Below, in pieces: positions 1 to 12,700 of a stretch of DNA of 64,000 bases. Location: positions 23,002,001-23,066,000 of the forward strand of contig NW_026262723.1 of the NCBI RefSeq assembly GCF_021869535.1, written 5' to 3'. This DNA comes from Mytilus californianus. Its lineage: Eukaryota. Positions within the stretch are counted from its first letter, which is position 1. Each line of letters starts with the position of its first letter. Both the position numbers and the translations under genes were made by a program. The notes under the pieces were generated by a model. The model did not search any database. It was not told the DNA's origin and worked only from the letters and a program-made list of their open reading frames with translations.

Positions 1-270
1 TGAAGCTAATATTCGATTTTTTGGGTTGATTATACATATAAATTCATTGGAATTATATAAAGTTGCAGCCAATACAGAATAAGTATTTGTTTTGAAATGA
101 ACACCTACCATGCCTACTATGAATATCATAATATACATGATATATTGGACTTCTATTTGTCTGATGTGTTTTTAATTATATTTCAATGACGTCACAATCA
201 AAATTGAATTCATGGGCAAAAACTTATTCATGCATATAAATTTAAAGTTAATTAACATTAGTGTTCATAC

Positions 271-539
271 CTTCACTTTAAGATATGTCTCTACAAATTC
301 TCCGATAGGATTGGAAATTCTAACTACAACATCATGAAAGAAATCATTGTCTACAGGTCCAAGAGAAAATTTGCTTTTAGGGGTGAAGGAATCTTTTCCG
401 TAATACAAAAGCTGCGTATCAAAAGATCCCTGCGGACGAGACCAAAATCTGTATAACAAACCACGTCCTTGTATAGCCTCTTCTCCAGGGTTAAGCCACC
501 CGCTACAACGTATTTCAAACTCCGTTTCTAGTGCGAAAC
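271..539 (-). CDS. Exon, distal REJ module
   Basis: ttttcag|GT..AAG|gtatga, phase 1-0. Peptide (G)[89 protein letters not shown]. Confidence 0.9.
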
Positions 540-685
540 CTGAAAATACATTTAAAGATTCACCGACACTGTTTTATAAGAGACATCACAAGATTTTTCA
601 AAAATGTTAATAAATGTTAGTAATAGGAAATAAAATAAAATGACATATCAAATCATAATTGAAAACAAATTTTTGATATTATTAC

Positions 686-720
<35 letters not shown>

Positions 721-3700
721 CAATTAAGGAATGACTGTAATATTTTTTCTGTCTATGAAGAAATAACATCAAAAATGTGCTGCACACTGAATAACCGGCG
801 TAGCGGGTTATTTTAAAGTGTGCACCACATTTTTTATGTTATTTCGAATAGACAGAAAAAATATTAAAGTCATTTCTTATAATTTAATTTTTAATTCCAT
901 TTTAAACCGGAGTAAATCATGAAAAAACGTTGATGACGTCAAGGTCACATGACAAAATTATGTCTATGTGCTGATAAACAAAACAACGTCAGCCAATCGG
1001 AAGACGCGTTACATCCGAAATTAAATTATATGATAATAAAAATAATAATAACAATAATGATACAAATGATAATAATAATAGTTATACAAATGATAAAAGT
1101 ATTAAATTAAATGATAATACGCAAGTTTTTAATGTTTATTTATACCTGATATTGGATCAATGTTGCAAGTTCCTCCATATGGTGGCAGATTGGTTATAAA
1201 TTCATATTCGGTAAAGCTAGGAGCGTAACCATACACTTTGCCATCTATTCTAAATCGATATATCTCTCCTCCAATGAGGGATCCCTGTTTAATTTTTATC
1301 GCCTGAGAGGATGTCCCTGAAAATAAAAAATAATCATGATCAAACTTGACAATCGATTTGAGAAGAGTTAAGACTTAATTTAAGTAGAGGGGGATTCTAA
1401 ATTAAAAATGATACAATTTCATAATATTTTGCAAAAGTATAGTTAGGTAAATGTACTGTAAATTCTTTTATTAAACAAAATTGTCTGAGTTATCTCCACT
1501 GATTTAAGCATTTAAAAATAAATTGATAAAAAAAATGTCATAATAGTATAAAATCGTAATAAGGTGTTTATTTTGACAAATTCAATTTCTGCAGCAAATT
1601 TGTTTATTTCAGTAATTGTCTACACCGATCATTTGAAAGCGAAGATTAATTTAGACTCTAACTGAAATGAATAGTCTAAAAAATATCAAGAATTCAAAAA
1701 ATTGAAAACAACACGTTTAATAATTTCATGCGTCCGAAGAGCTTTTCTGGATTTACCTTCATCAGGAACGCTCAATGCCAAACATTTGAAATCCGAGGGA
1801 TGTATAAGTATAGAAATAGTTGAAGAGCTATATGACAAAAATACCTAAAACAAATAGCCAAATTCAAATTTCGATAGTAACTGCAAAAATATAAAAGTTT
1901 TGTCAAAACAGAAATCATACTATTGTAAAAATGAATTTGTCTTAAACATGTTAAATAGCTTGCATGATTAAAACAAGTAATTGGATGCAAGGTACTTAAA
2001 ACAACTACAGGTCACAGTTTCATATGTATATATTGTCTATAGGTGTACCTGCTTCGGTCAGACCATCTAGGTTCTTGACAGGATAAAAACCTCCTAAGGT
2101 CTCATTCTTCAGATAAAGGCTCCATTTGTACTCCTCTTTATCGTAGTTAGTACATTCAGCGCACGTGACCGATAAAGTGAATTCACCAGACGGATTCATC
2201 TTTGATTTGCAATTTACATGACAACTGCAAAGTATAAAAAGAATACTAAGAGAATTCCCTGGGAGTTGGATAAAAATTCTTAACATTAAAATGAGTTGTT
2301 TATAGTTTCTATACGTAAAATATTAAACGTTTGGGATAATAAAAAAACAAAAAGGAATAAATAGAACAGCCAAATCCGTCTTATTTCAAGTTTACATTAT
2401 ATTATGCATCTGCAATATGTTTGTGACTATCCTCTTTTGTGAACTTGTAGTCTTGCAGTGTTTGTCTTTATAAATGTTTCATTGTAATTTATTGAACAAA
2501 ACCGTTGATCATTTCTGCAGAACTGCTTTTTCACATTGAATTTTTCTTAAGGATCATATACAGTGAGTAACATCAAGGGGAACGTATTCTGATTATCAAA
2601 GTGTGCATTTTGACAAATAATTTCTATCCAATAATGCTTAATTTTTTATTCATTTAATCCTAAGCAATCACCAAATGGCTAAAAGAATAACCACTTTTAA
2701 ATATTATCCTGTTTACTAAATGAAATTTGTTATTCTGCTATCTTATCAACAATACATATCATAATTATATTGATGCATTGAAACCAAGTAATAAAATAAA
2801 AAAAAAAACTTACTTAATAATAAGCGTTGGTGGATCTCCCTCAACAACATAAACTAACTGTTCAAACGAACCCACTCTGTCATCTTTATACACTTCTACT
2901 TCAAACACATTCTCTGTATTTGGTTCTAAATACAAAGTACTTATTTTTAGTTGTGACTCGTGAAATGGCAGAATGCCAATTCCTGTTCCGAAACAACCAT
3001 CCTGTCTAGACATGTTGACATATATATCCCATTCAGGAATATCAATCTGCGAAATTGTTTCTTCGTATACGTTTGTAGACTGTCGGCATTTCCATATAAA
3101 TCTCATTCCTGTCTTGTTGTTGGGGTCATCAATATCTGGATCAAATGATTGTTCTCCTGCATTCATAACCAGCATTTGATTATAACCAACAACTCTAGCG
3201 TTGCCACCGCTTATTTTAACCTTGAGTGGAGTTGGTATAATTTCTAAGTAGGTGAAGTCTTCAGCTGACAATCCATATATTTCAGTCATTGAAACATTTA
3301 AATTAATTCTGTATTGTCCAGTCGGTAGTATTCTTGGTATGAAAACTAAATTCAAGTTATTCAATTCGACAGAATCGTCTATCTTGTAGTTTTCAAATAT
3401 ATAATCTTGATAGGTTTCTCCTTGGCTAATTTTGTAAATATTCCAAAGATATGAAACCGTCTGGGAAACTTTACAATTAACTTCTGCAGAACTTTCTAGT
3501 GTTATCCTTTGTGATTTTTGGATGACTTCTGGTTCATCAATATCTTGTCCACCTCCGTTTATATGAACAACCGGATAAAAACAACTTATTCCACTTATTA
3601 TGGCCATTGATGATATACTTTTAGATGAAATAAGATTAGAACCTGTGAGTATGACATGATAGGTTGAATTTTTACGATACATATGCGTATGAATAAGACT

Positions 3701-6700
3701 TGACGACGGTTGCCAGTACATGTATTTGTAATTCAATGACGCTGCGATATCTTCACAGTTCTTCTCACCATACAAAACAATTGGTGAATTATCACCCAAG
3801 TCCCATTTATAGCAAGATTCTGTACCAGGTTGACTTAATTGAAGAGTAAAAGTAGTAGTTTCAAATGCATTTGTAGGTCCGTTGTTACTTAATGTAGAAA
3901 TCAGGACAGTCTGGTAAATGGACATATTGAACGTTCTAGTAATGTGCGACAGTTGATTACTGGCGTTTACAACAATTTTAAAATTCCCGCCATTTACAAA
4001 TTGATATGTCAAGGTAGGATTTTCAGTTTCCCTTACAACGTTATTTCCCAAGTCCCACACATATTTAATATAGTTTCCGCTCACGGTTGAGGCATCAAAT
4101 ATTATATCTCGTTCAGTTGGATAAATATTTTCCTCGTCCCCATAACCGAAACTTACGTCAGAGCTGTAATCCGACAAATAAAAGTATTTTGTAATTTTCA
4201 GTCCTGTCACAGCTTCTAACACCCAAACATACGCTTCTGCATACTTTTGAGATACAATATTGCTAGCATGGAATGTTATTTGATATTTTCCTTTTTGAAA
4301 ATAAGTTTGAGTTTTATTTATTTGAAAATTACTAACAAAGTCTCGATTTATATTATCCGAATAAACTGTACCATCTCCTATAGAATAGTTGTATTTTACT
4401 TTACTTCCGCTTTCAATGTTAAACATGAAATCTATAGAATTTCCGGATGGAATGTACGGTGTGGTGTGGTAAATAGATATACCGGAAATCGGTTGTTGTA
4501 GAGAAGTCCATGTGGTAAGTGACATGTGACTTATTTTGTTTAAACAGTTCATATCTATCTTGACTTCCCCAATGAAGCTGGCATTATCATATTTAATGTT
4601 GAACTGTTCCGATTTACCAACTTGCATCTGATTTACGTAAAATATATCCGTAGATATGTTTCCAAACGTAACATTGCATTTCACGTGAGATGGTGGATTT
4701 ATAATTCCATTGTAATCCACTGTTAGAATTATGTCTCCAGGTGGATTAGCAATTACAGGAACTGTAGATAAAATCATATCCTGCACCACATTTTCGACGT
4801 ACACCTGGTCGTTCATGGTAAACGTCTCAGAAGAAATATTATTTGAAGCTTCAACAGACACATTGTATATCCCAACTTCGTTTATTGATATTGTGTGATA
4901 AAATAATGTTATTCCACGTTTCTCATTTCTAATGTATACGGTGTCATAATTTTCATCGTTAACAAATATGTCAAAATTTAAATTTGATCCATTACTAGTC
5001 CGTATGGTAAGAAGCACATCACTGTTTGGTATAACTGCATACGAGTTTGCTGTCACAGTTAGATCATGGACAACTTCATCCACAGTAAAGTTGGCCTCTA
5101 TTATCTGAATACTCACACGATTAGATATATTTACTTTTAAAATGTATGTTCCAACGTCATAATAATGAGAATCCGATACTTGTTGAAATTCTGAAACAAA
5201 CTGGTTTAAGATTTCACCATCACCAAAGTTTATCTGGAGGAGTAAATTACTGTAGCTATATTCTGCAGAAATGATGTCAATCATTAAGTATCCAGAATAC
5301 ACTGGATCAAGCTGTGTTGTGTTCAGAATTAAGCCAGCAACTACTTTCTGTATGATGAGATATGTACTGGTTTGAACATGACTGACGGCATTTGATGTAT
5401 TAACCGTTATAGTAATATTCCCTTCATTCGTATATCTTAAAAACAGAAAGTAGAAAATATAGCATAAATTTTGACTTACTCTTTTGCTCAATCCACCATT
5501 ATCTACATAAGAAAATGCCTGTACCAAGTCAGGAATATGAAAGTTGTTATCCATTCGTTTGATGTGTTTGAGCTTTTGATTTTGCCATTTGATTAGGGAC
5601 TTTCCTTTTGGAATTTTCCTCAGAGTTCTTGTTTTGTGATTTTACTTTTTGCTGTAATTCACTTTAGAGTATTTAGACAAATGACGCATGACCACGATCT
5701 CAGCAACTTTATTTTAGTTCGTGCAACCCAAACCTGTTTATCTCCCATATTTTGTTGTGTATTTACGATAATTTAGCTGTGACTTGAAAACACCATTTTC
5801 ATACGTGTTTAATTCCTTTGTAGAAACAAACACAGTCTTACGTACATGATTTTTTTTTCGTTGTTATTGGCTTTGAACTAGTTGTCAGTAACTGCGAGTA
5901 CTCTCAGATCTGTATTTATAGTCTTTTTGTTGCTGGGATGTATAATTACCTGTCCACGTCCACTCTGTGTTTTTGTTATATGTATTTCTATTTGTATCCA
6001 TCTGATGAATTAAGCCTTTTTCAACTGATTTTTATAGTTTGTTCTTATGTTGTACTGTTACACCACTTTCCCAGGTTAGGGGAAAGGTTGAGCGCTCACA
6101 AACATGTTTAACCCCTCCACATTCTTTACGTGCCTGTCCCAAGTCAGGAGCCTGTAGTTCAGTTGTTGTCGTTGGTTCATGTCTGTCATTTTTGTTTTTC
6201 GTAAATTGTTTTGTTATAAATTAGGCCGTTAGTTTTCTCAATTGAATTGTTTCATATTTTTAATTTCGGGGCCTTTTATAGCCGACCATACGGTATGGGT
6301 TTTTCTCATCGTTGAAGGCCGTACGGTTGCCTATAATTGCTTACATCCACTTCAATTGAACTTTGGTGGATAGTTGTCTCATTGGCAATCATACCACATC
6401 TCCATATTTTTATACAGATTATGGTTTAAGTTGGTCTTATTAATGATTGAATATGTTTTATTTCATGTCAGATGGTTGGAAGTTGTTGTTAGTTTATTCA
6501 TTAAATTTTTAAAGAAATTTGTAAGCCTCAGTTATAGTTGAATCACCTGTCTTTCCAGATAGCATTATGTAGTTACTATCTTAAAGGGGCACTAGCTACG
6601 AGAAAAATAAAAAATCTAAAGTATGATTTTTTTGTTCAATCATTAATGAAAGTGAAATAATGGAATAATAAATAGCTTTTAGCAGCAAGTATGGTTCAAT

Positions 6701-9700
6701 TTTGTCAAAATAAGCTAAGAAACATTGATGATGAATTATTCACTTGCAAGTGAATAATTCGACCTCATTGAATCCGTATTCATGTGAACTTCAATTTAAC
6801 CCCTTAGCTAGAGATGGATAATGCATGCATCGTGTGTGATCAGTTATTTAAAGGAAAAAAATGTCAACATTGAAAGTGAAACAAAGGTATATCATTTGAT
6901 TGACAGATTCGATCCACAAAAAACATTCTTATACAGATAAAAACCATGATTAACATGTATTTTTAATCTATAACATGAAACTAAGTAGACCTAGAAAAAT
7001 CCAATTGCACGAGTTCGCTTAATCTATTTATATCTAAATTTATGTTTATATCCCTTATATGACCATCGGAGGTTTTCGGAGGTCAACTCGATAGTTAATT
7101 AGATGGCGTCTAGACTAAATACACACAAAACGAAGCTACATATTATCGGGCCCATGTCTTGTAAGTTGTTTATTTTAGACTTTTAATAATTTTGATAAAT
7201 GTTTTACATTGTTATAAATCAAATATGAGAATTTGAGTCAAATCGGTGAACATGAATTTGACTACTAGTGCCCCTTTAAGTATTTTTAACAGATTCTTCA
7301 AGTCACTCAAATTTAAAAAAAAAGAATATAATAGTTTAAGTTCTATTCAACATACTAATAGTAACTTCACTACTTAAACAAATGATTTCGTTATTCAAAC
7401 AACACCAACTTTATTATTGATATAATAAAAGAACAGAGTTCAAATGTCCCCCGCGTTGCACATATTTTATATTTCCAAGGGGCATAACTCTTTTAAAAAA
7501 GTCGATCATCCACCATTATAGAACTTGTCCGAGATACTGCTGATATTAACCTATAGTATAAGTTTTATAAAAATCTGGCAAGAATTGTACCATGAGAGCG
7601 CTAACGAGGCCATTTTCCATAAATTTAATATTTCCAAGGGCCATAACTCTTTTAAAAAAAGTAGATCGACCACCATTATAAAACTTGTCCGAGATATTGC
7701 TGATATTAACCTATAGTATAAGTTTTATAAAAATCTGGCAAGAATTGTACCTGTGAGATCGCTAACAAAACCCGACGGACGGACGGACAGACGGACACAT
7801 GGACGCAAGGACGGACGGTCGGACGCCCGGAATTCCCATGTCCCCCGCAACGCGTTACGCGGGGGACAAAAAGTTAAATAGCCCAATTGTCTTTTTGAGA
7901 GGAAAATATAGAAATAAGATATCTTACTGATGAGAAAATGTCCATGGTGACATGAATGACAACATCTCTGGATCAGTATAGCTGGAACTTGTTCCGTCAC
8001 CAAAATCAACGTTATATGATACATCTGATCCTCTTGTTATCGTTACTGTACATGTAACTATGTCTGATAGTTTGTAATATTGCTTATCACAGGCAAGCTT
8101 CACATCACTGATGGGATCGACATTGATATTATCAATTACTGAAATTTAAAAAAAAAAACGTGTCTATTTTTAGAACTTAATCAATGAACGGACATGTACA
8201 ATAAATGTTTGTTGAAATAAATTTTCCTGGTTGGTGAATTTAGAATGCATTTTATAAAGACAGTTTAAATCGCCATTTTGGTTTGTTTACTGTAACTTAA
8301 AAAAAAGTAGATTTGTTGGAATATAAATGTGAGTACTTACACCGTCATTTTTTAGAATTCTTCCCTTTTATTTACTTACAAACTAGGAAACTGACCCCCT
8401 TTTTACAGATTTGCAAATACATGTAGTTCTACTTATCCCGGATAATAGAAAAAATCATTTATCTAACTGTTTTCCTGTCTGTGTGTTTAAAAAACTTTTA
8501 TATTGAAGTACAAATTTTAAAATGAAATAAAATGTGATACAATTGCAAATTCTAATATGTTGCCTAACTACTATGAAACAAAGCCTGGTGAATTAAGCTG
8601 TAGTTTCAAAATAGAAGTAATAAAGTGATAGATATTTCTCCTTTTATATGTTTATGTTGTACATTACGAAAAAAATATTCTTTTTATTATCTTTATAGTT
8701 TGCGATAGACTTAATAAAATGTAATGGAAAATATGACTTCCTAGTACATTCAGCTAATTGTTCTTACTTCCACATAAACGTCCAGGCCGACTTTTTTCAA
8801 CTGATATATCCAAATACCCTGTTTTACAGGTACAATTATAACGGCCCTCATAATTCATACAGTCTGCATTCACGTCACAGTCGTTCCACAGAGAACTTTC
8901 GCATTCATTGATATCTGAAATAACAAAGTAAATATGCATTTTCAATTAAGAAACTAACGGCCTAACTTATAACAAAATAATTAACGAAAAACATAAATGA
9001 CAGACATGAACCAACGACAACCCCTGAACTACAGGCTCCTGACTTAAGATTGACACATAAAGAATGAGGTGAGTTTAAACAAGTTTGAAGGACAACATAA
9101 AAACAAGTTTGAAGTATAACATAAAAACAATATATTCAAATCAGTTGAAAAAAGCTTAACTCATCAGATGGATACAAAGCAGAAAGACAAAGACCAGACG
9201 TGGCAGGGTATTTATACATCCCGTAAAACAAACAAAAAACACAAAATAAAGATCTGAGAGTACTCGCAGATACTGACAGCTAGTTCAAAGCAAATAACAA
9301 CAAATAAATATTCATGTATCTAAGGCTAAAATATGAATCAGTACACATACAACATACAACGGGTTTAGTACAAAGACGTCATTAACAGTCAGAGAAAAAC
9401 ATAACCTTGTGCAATGACAAAATTTTTGTAATGTTGTTGCAAAGAAAGGTTGATCATCTGCAGGTGAACAATTTGTCTCTATTTGATACTGTCATATGTA
9501 TAATTGATTTCACTTTTGCTATAATTGTTTAATGATTAATTTTCTCTTTGAAATATTTATAGAAAAATAACGATCACCCAACTTTTATCTTGTTATCGGA
9601 ATTGGCCAAAAACATACACATAGTTGATTAAAGACGAGTGTAATTGATTATGTAAGCATTATTTAAAGTTGTAAAAAGATTACTGTTACTCAGTATTAGT

Positions 9701-12700
9701 TCCATAATCCGATTTATTTAGACTTTTAAATCCCTTCACTTCGATCACACCTGAAGAGGAGTCACAATCACACGAGGACACGGTTTTTACAAGCAGTTTC
9801 GTTGCTGCACAAAGAGAATATTTCAGTCTCTAGTATATTACTTTTTAAATAACTTTTACCATATGTCTTGTAAGAGATAAATAAAGGCAACAGTAGTATA
9901 CCGCTATTCGAAATTCATAAATCGATTAAAAAAAAAAAAACAAATCCGGGTTACAAACTCAAACTGAGGGAAACACATCAAATATAAGAGGAGAACAACG
10001 ACACAACAGAAACTCAACACTAAAATGCAACACACACAGAAACGAACTATTATATAACAATGGCCATTTTCCTGACTTGGTACAGGACATTTTAAGAAAA
10101 AATGGTGGGTTGAACTTAGTTTTGTGGCTAGCCAAACCTCCCGCTTTTATGGCAATGTTAGATATAACATTAAAATGACAAAATTACATGACAGGACTAC
10201 ATAAAAATAAATGGGAGAACATACAGGAAAGAGACACACACAAACAATAGCTATCAAAAGGTACCAGGCTTATAATTTAATACGCCAGACGTGCGTTTCG
10301 TCTACATAAGACCCATCAGTGACGCTCATATCAAAAAAGTTCGAAAGCCAAAACAAGTACAAACCTGAAGAGCATAGAGGACCAAAAGTTCCAAAAAGTT
10401 GTGCCAAATACGGCTAAGGTTATATGCCTTGGATAAGAAAATCCTTAGTATTTAGAATAATTCATACTTTTACATACTTATAAATTTCCAAAAAATAGGA
10501 TAGAGTTTAAGATTAGGTTTGTAATACTGATATAACATGTATTAATAACAATGAAAATTACAAAACATATTAATATAAAATTGTGGGAGAAATTAGATAA
10601 TTAATTGTATTATCAAGCATATACAAAACTTTCAACCAATAATGTTCAATCAATAATGTTAAACCTATCAAACCTTTTGTTATCTGTACAAATATATTGA
10701 AAATATGCATACCCTGTACCGTCAAGTTGTCTGCTGTGAACTCAATCCCATAATCCAGAAAATCCCCGCCCCCGTTAGTGACAGCTGTATATAGATCCAT
10801 TGCTGAAGCGTTTGTTGTTAATTTGTAGTATACATATATGTCCACTATAATACTACCAGGCAGTATGCTATGAATTGCAACGTCTTTGTATGTTGTGTTC
10901 ATAAAATTGGATTCCATTAGCTGTGTGAACTGTGGGTAAAAGTTTATGAAGTGAATTTCTTCTAAATTGAACTATTATTATATGCGAACAATAATAATTG
11001 TTTCCGCCTAAGAATAATTTCATTAAAAAAGACAATTTTGTGTTTAAAATTTACATTTAGTTGAACAACCCACCTTAAAGGAACACAAGAGAAGAACATT
11101 TTATCGTTTAAACTTATTCTATCTAAAACTGTTTGCAGTAACTACTACATCTAATCTATAAATATCATATTAACTTACGGAATTTTGTAACTGTTTCAAC
11201 AATTGCTGATACACAGGTGAGGATGTATTTTGCATATCAGAGGTATATATAGCCTGACTATCATTTAATTTCGTGATCTTCATCCCCAACTCAAATATTT
11301 GTAGATCTACGAAAATCAATATCAAGTAATCAAAAGCTAAAATTGCCGAATATGTAAAGGACAGTATATAGATGACAATATGTTTTTACTCTAAATGAAT
11401 TACCTATGTGCGTATGTGTTTTTCGAAAACAGAACCAGTTATCTGCATCTTTTCGACTTTATAAACCCTGTAACCTCTATAGGTGTAATACCACCATTGA
11501 TTTTCCCCTATTAGTCTTTGTTAAATTTGCACTTTTCAAAAAATTGTGCAGAATTTATCTTTGTTTCAAATAAAGAAATACTTGGCATGAGTAAAGTTTG
11601 ATCCTGTCCAGTACTATAGAAAAAATTTCACATAACATTTCATTGCATATAAGAAAATAACCATCACTGGAAGTTAACCAATCAAATTTTCCCCCTTTTT
11701 TAACCTGTGTACAAGCTTTAGTAACCATGTAACCTCAAGTTTCCAAAATATTCTATAGAAACCCCAAATAAAAAAATAATGGTGCTTTGAAATACCCAAG
11801 ATATATGTTTATGACCCAGAAATGTTTTACTGCAATGAAATGTAGGATCAATTACCTACAACTGTCAAATTCAAGGGAATATTTTTTTTCGACCTATTTT
11901 CGTATGCAACCGGATGTGACGTACTATGATTTGGTGGTATTACACCTAAAGAAGACTTTTTTGTTAAATAAACTGAATGTGACTTTTTTCCTTTGTAATA
12001 CTGGTTATTTCAAGCATTCCTGTCAAGTTTTGTCATAATCAGTCCAATAGTTTGAGAAAAATCTAGTATAATGTAAGACGACATCTACAGCGATTCGAGC
12101 TAAATTTCTTCGAAAAATCCAAACCAAGCCGCATCATGATAGAATATAGTGTGGACCAATAAATGATCAAATATTTATCTCATCTGCCTACAAACAGTTG
12201 AATATGATACAAAAGATGACTTTAGGATGATAAATACTACTAATGGACCTCTTTGTCTTCCTTATAAGGTCTCTTTTGGTCCATTTATACCTCTCATTTC
12301 CTCAAAATTTCTACTTTATAGGCCAATAAATAAACATTTTGGGGTAACTTTCACTCATTTATGATAGAAATGTTATAATAAATGATTAATTGAAGTATTC
12401 AAGCTGAATGAACTATCCGTATAAAAGTTTACTGTCTCCAAGGAGGTTTCAATAAGTCCTTACGTAAAACTTAAATTTACGCCGCGTTCCAGAGAGGGAC
12501 ATAAAAAGCTTCTCTTTTGGTGAATAATTTGTTGTTACTGCTTTAAAAATAACTTCATTTACTTAAAACTATATATTTATTAAAGTATTTCTTAGGAAAA
12601 ATTTTCTAGTATAGCAGAATATAAGAAAAAAGGAGAAAAAGCTCCCCAAACTCTAAGTATGGCTTATTCTGTCAACTAATATTCATGGTAAAGTCCTATT

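Noticed and set aside
5436-5554. N-terminal part of ORF 2810..5554 ([14 protein letters not shown]...)
   Set aside because: It is intron read-through into an interspersed repeat. The real exon starts at the acceptor at 5435, in phase with exon 7928.
6000-6035. CTGATGA...CTGA in the retroelement tail as a box C/D, SECIS or hammerhead motif
   Set aside because: The spacing is too short, there is no GAAA core or apical AA loop, and it folds as a simple short hairpin.
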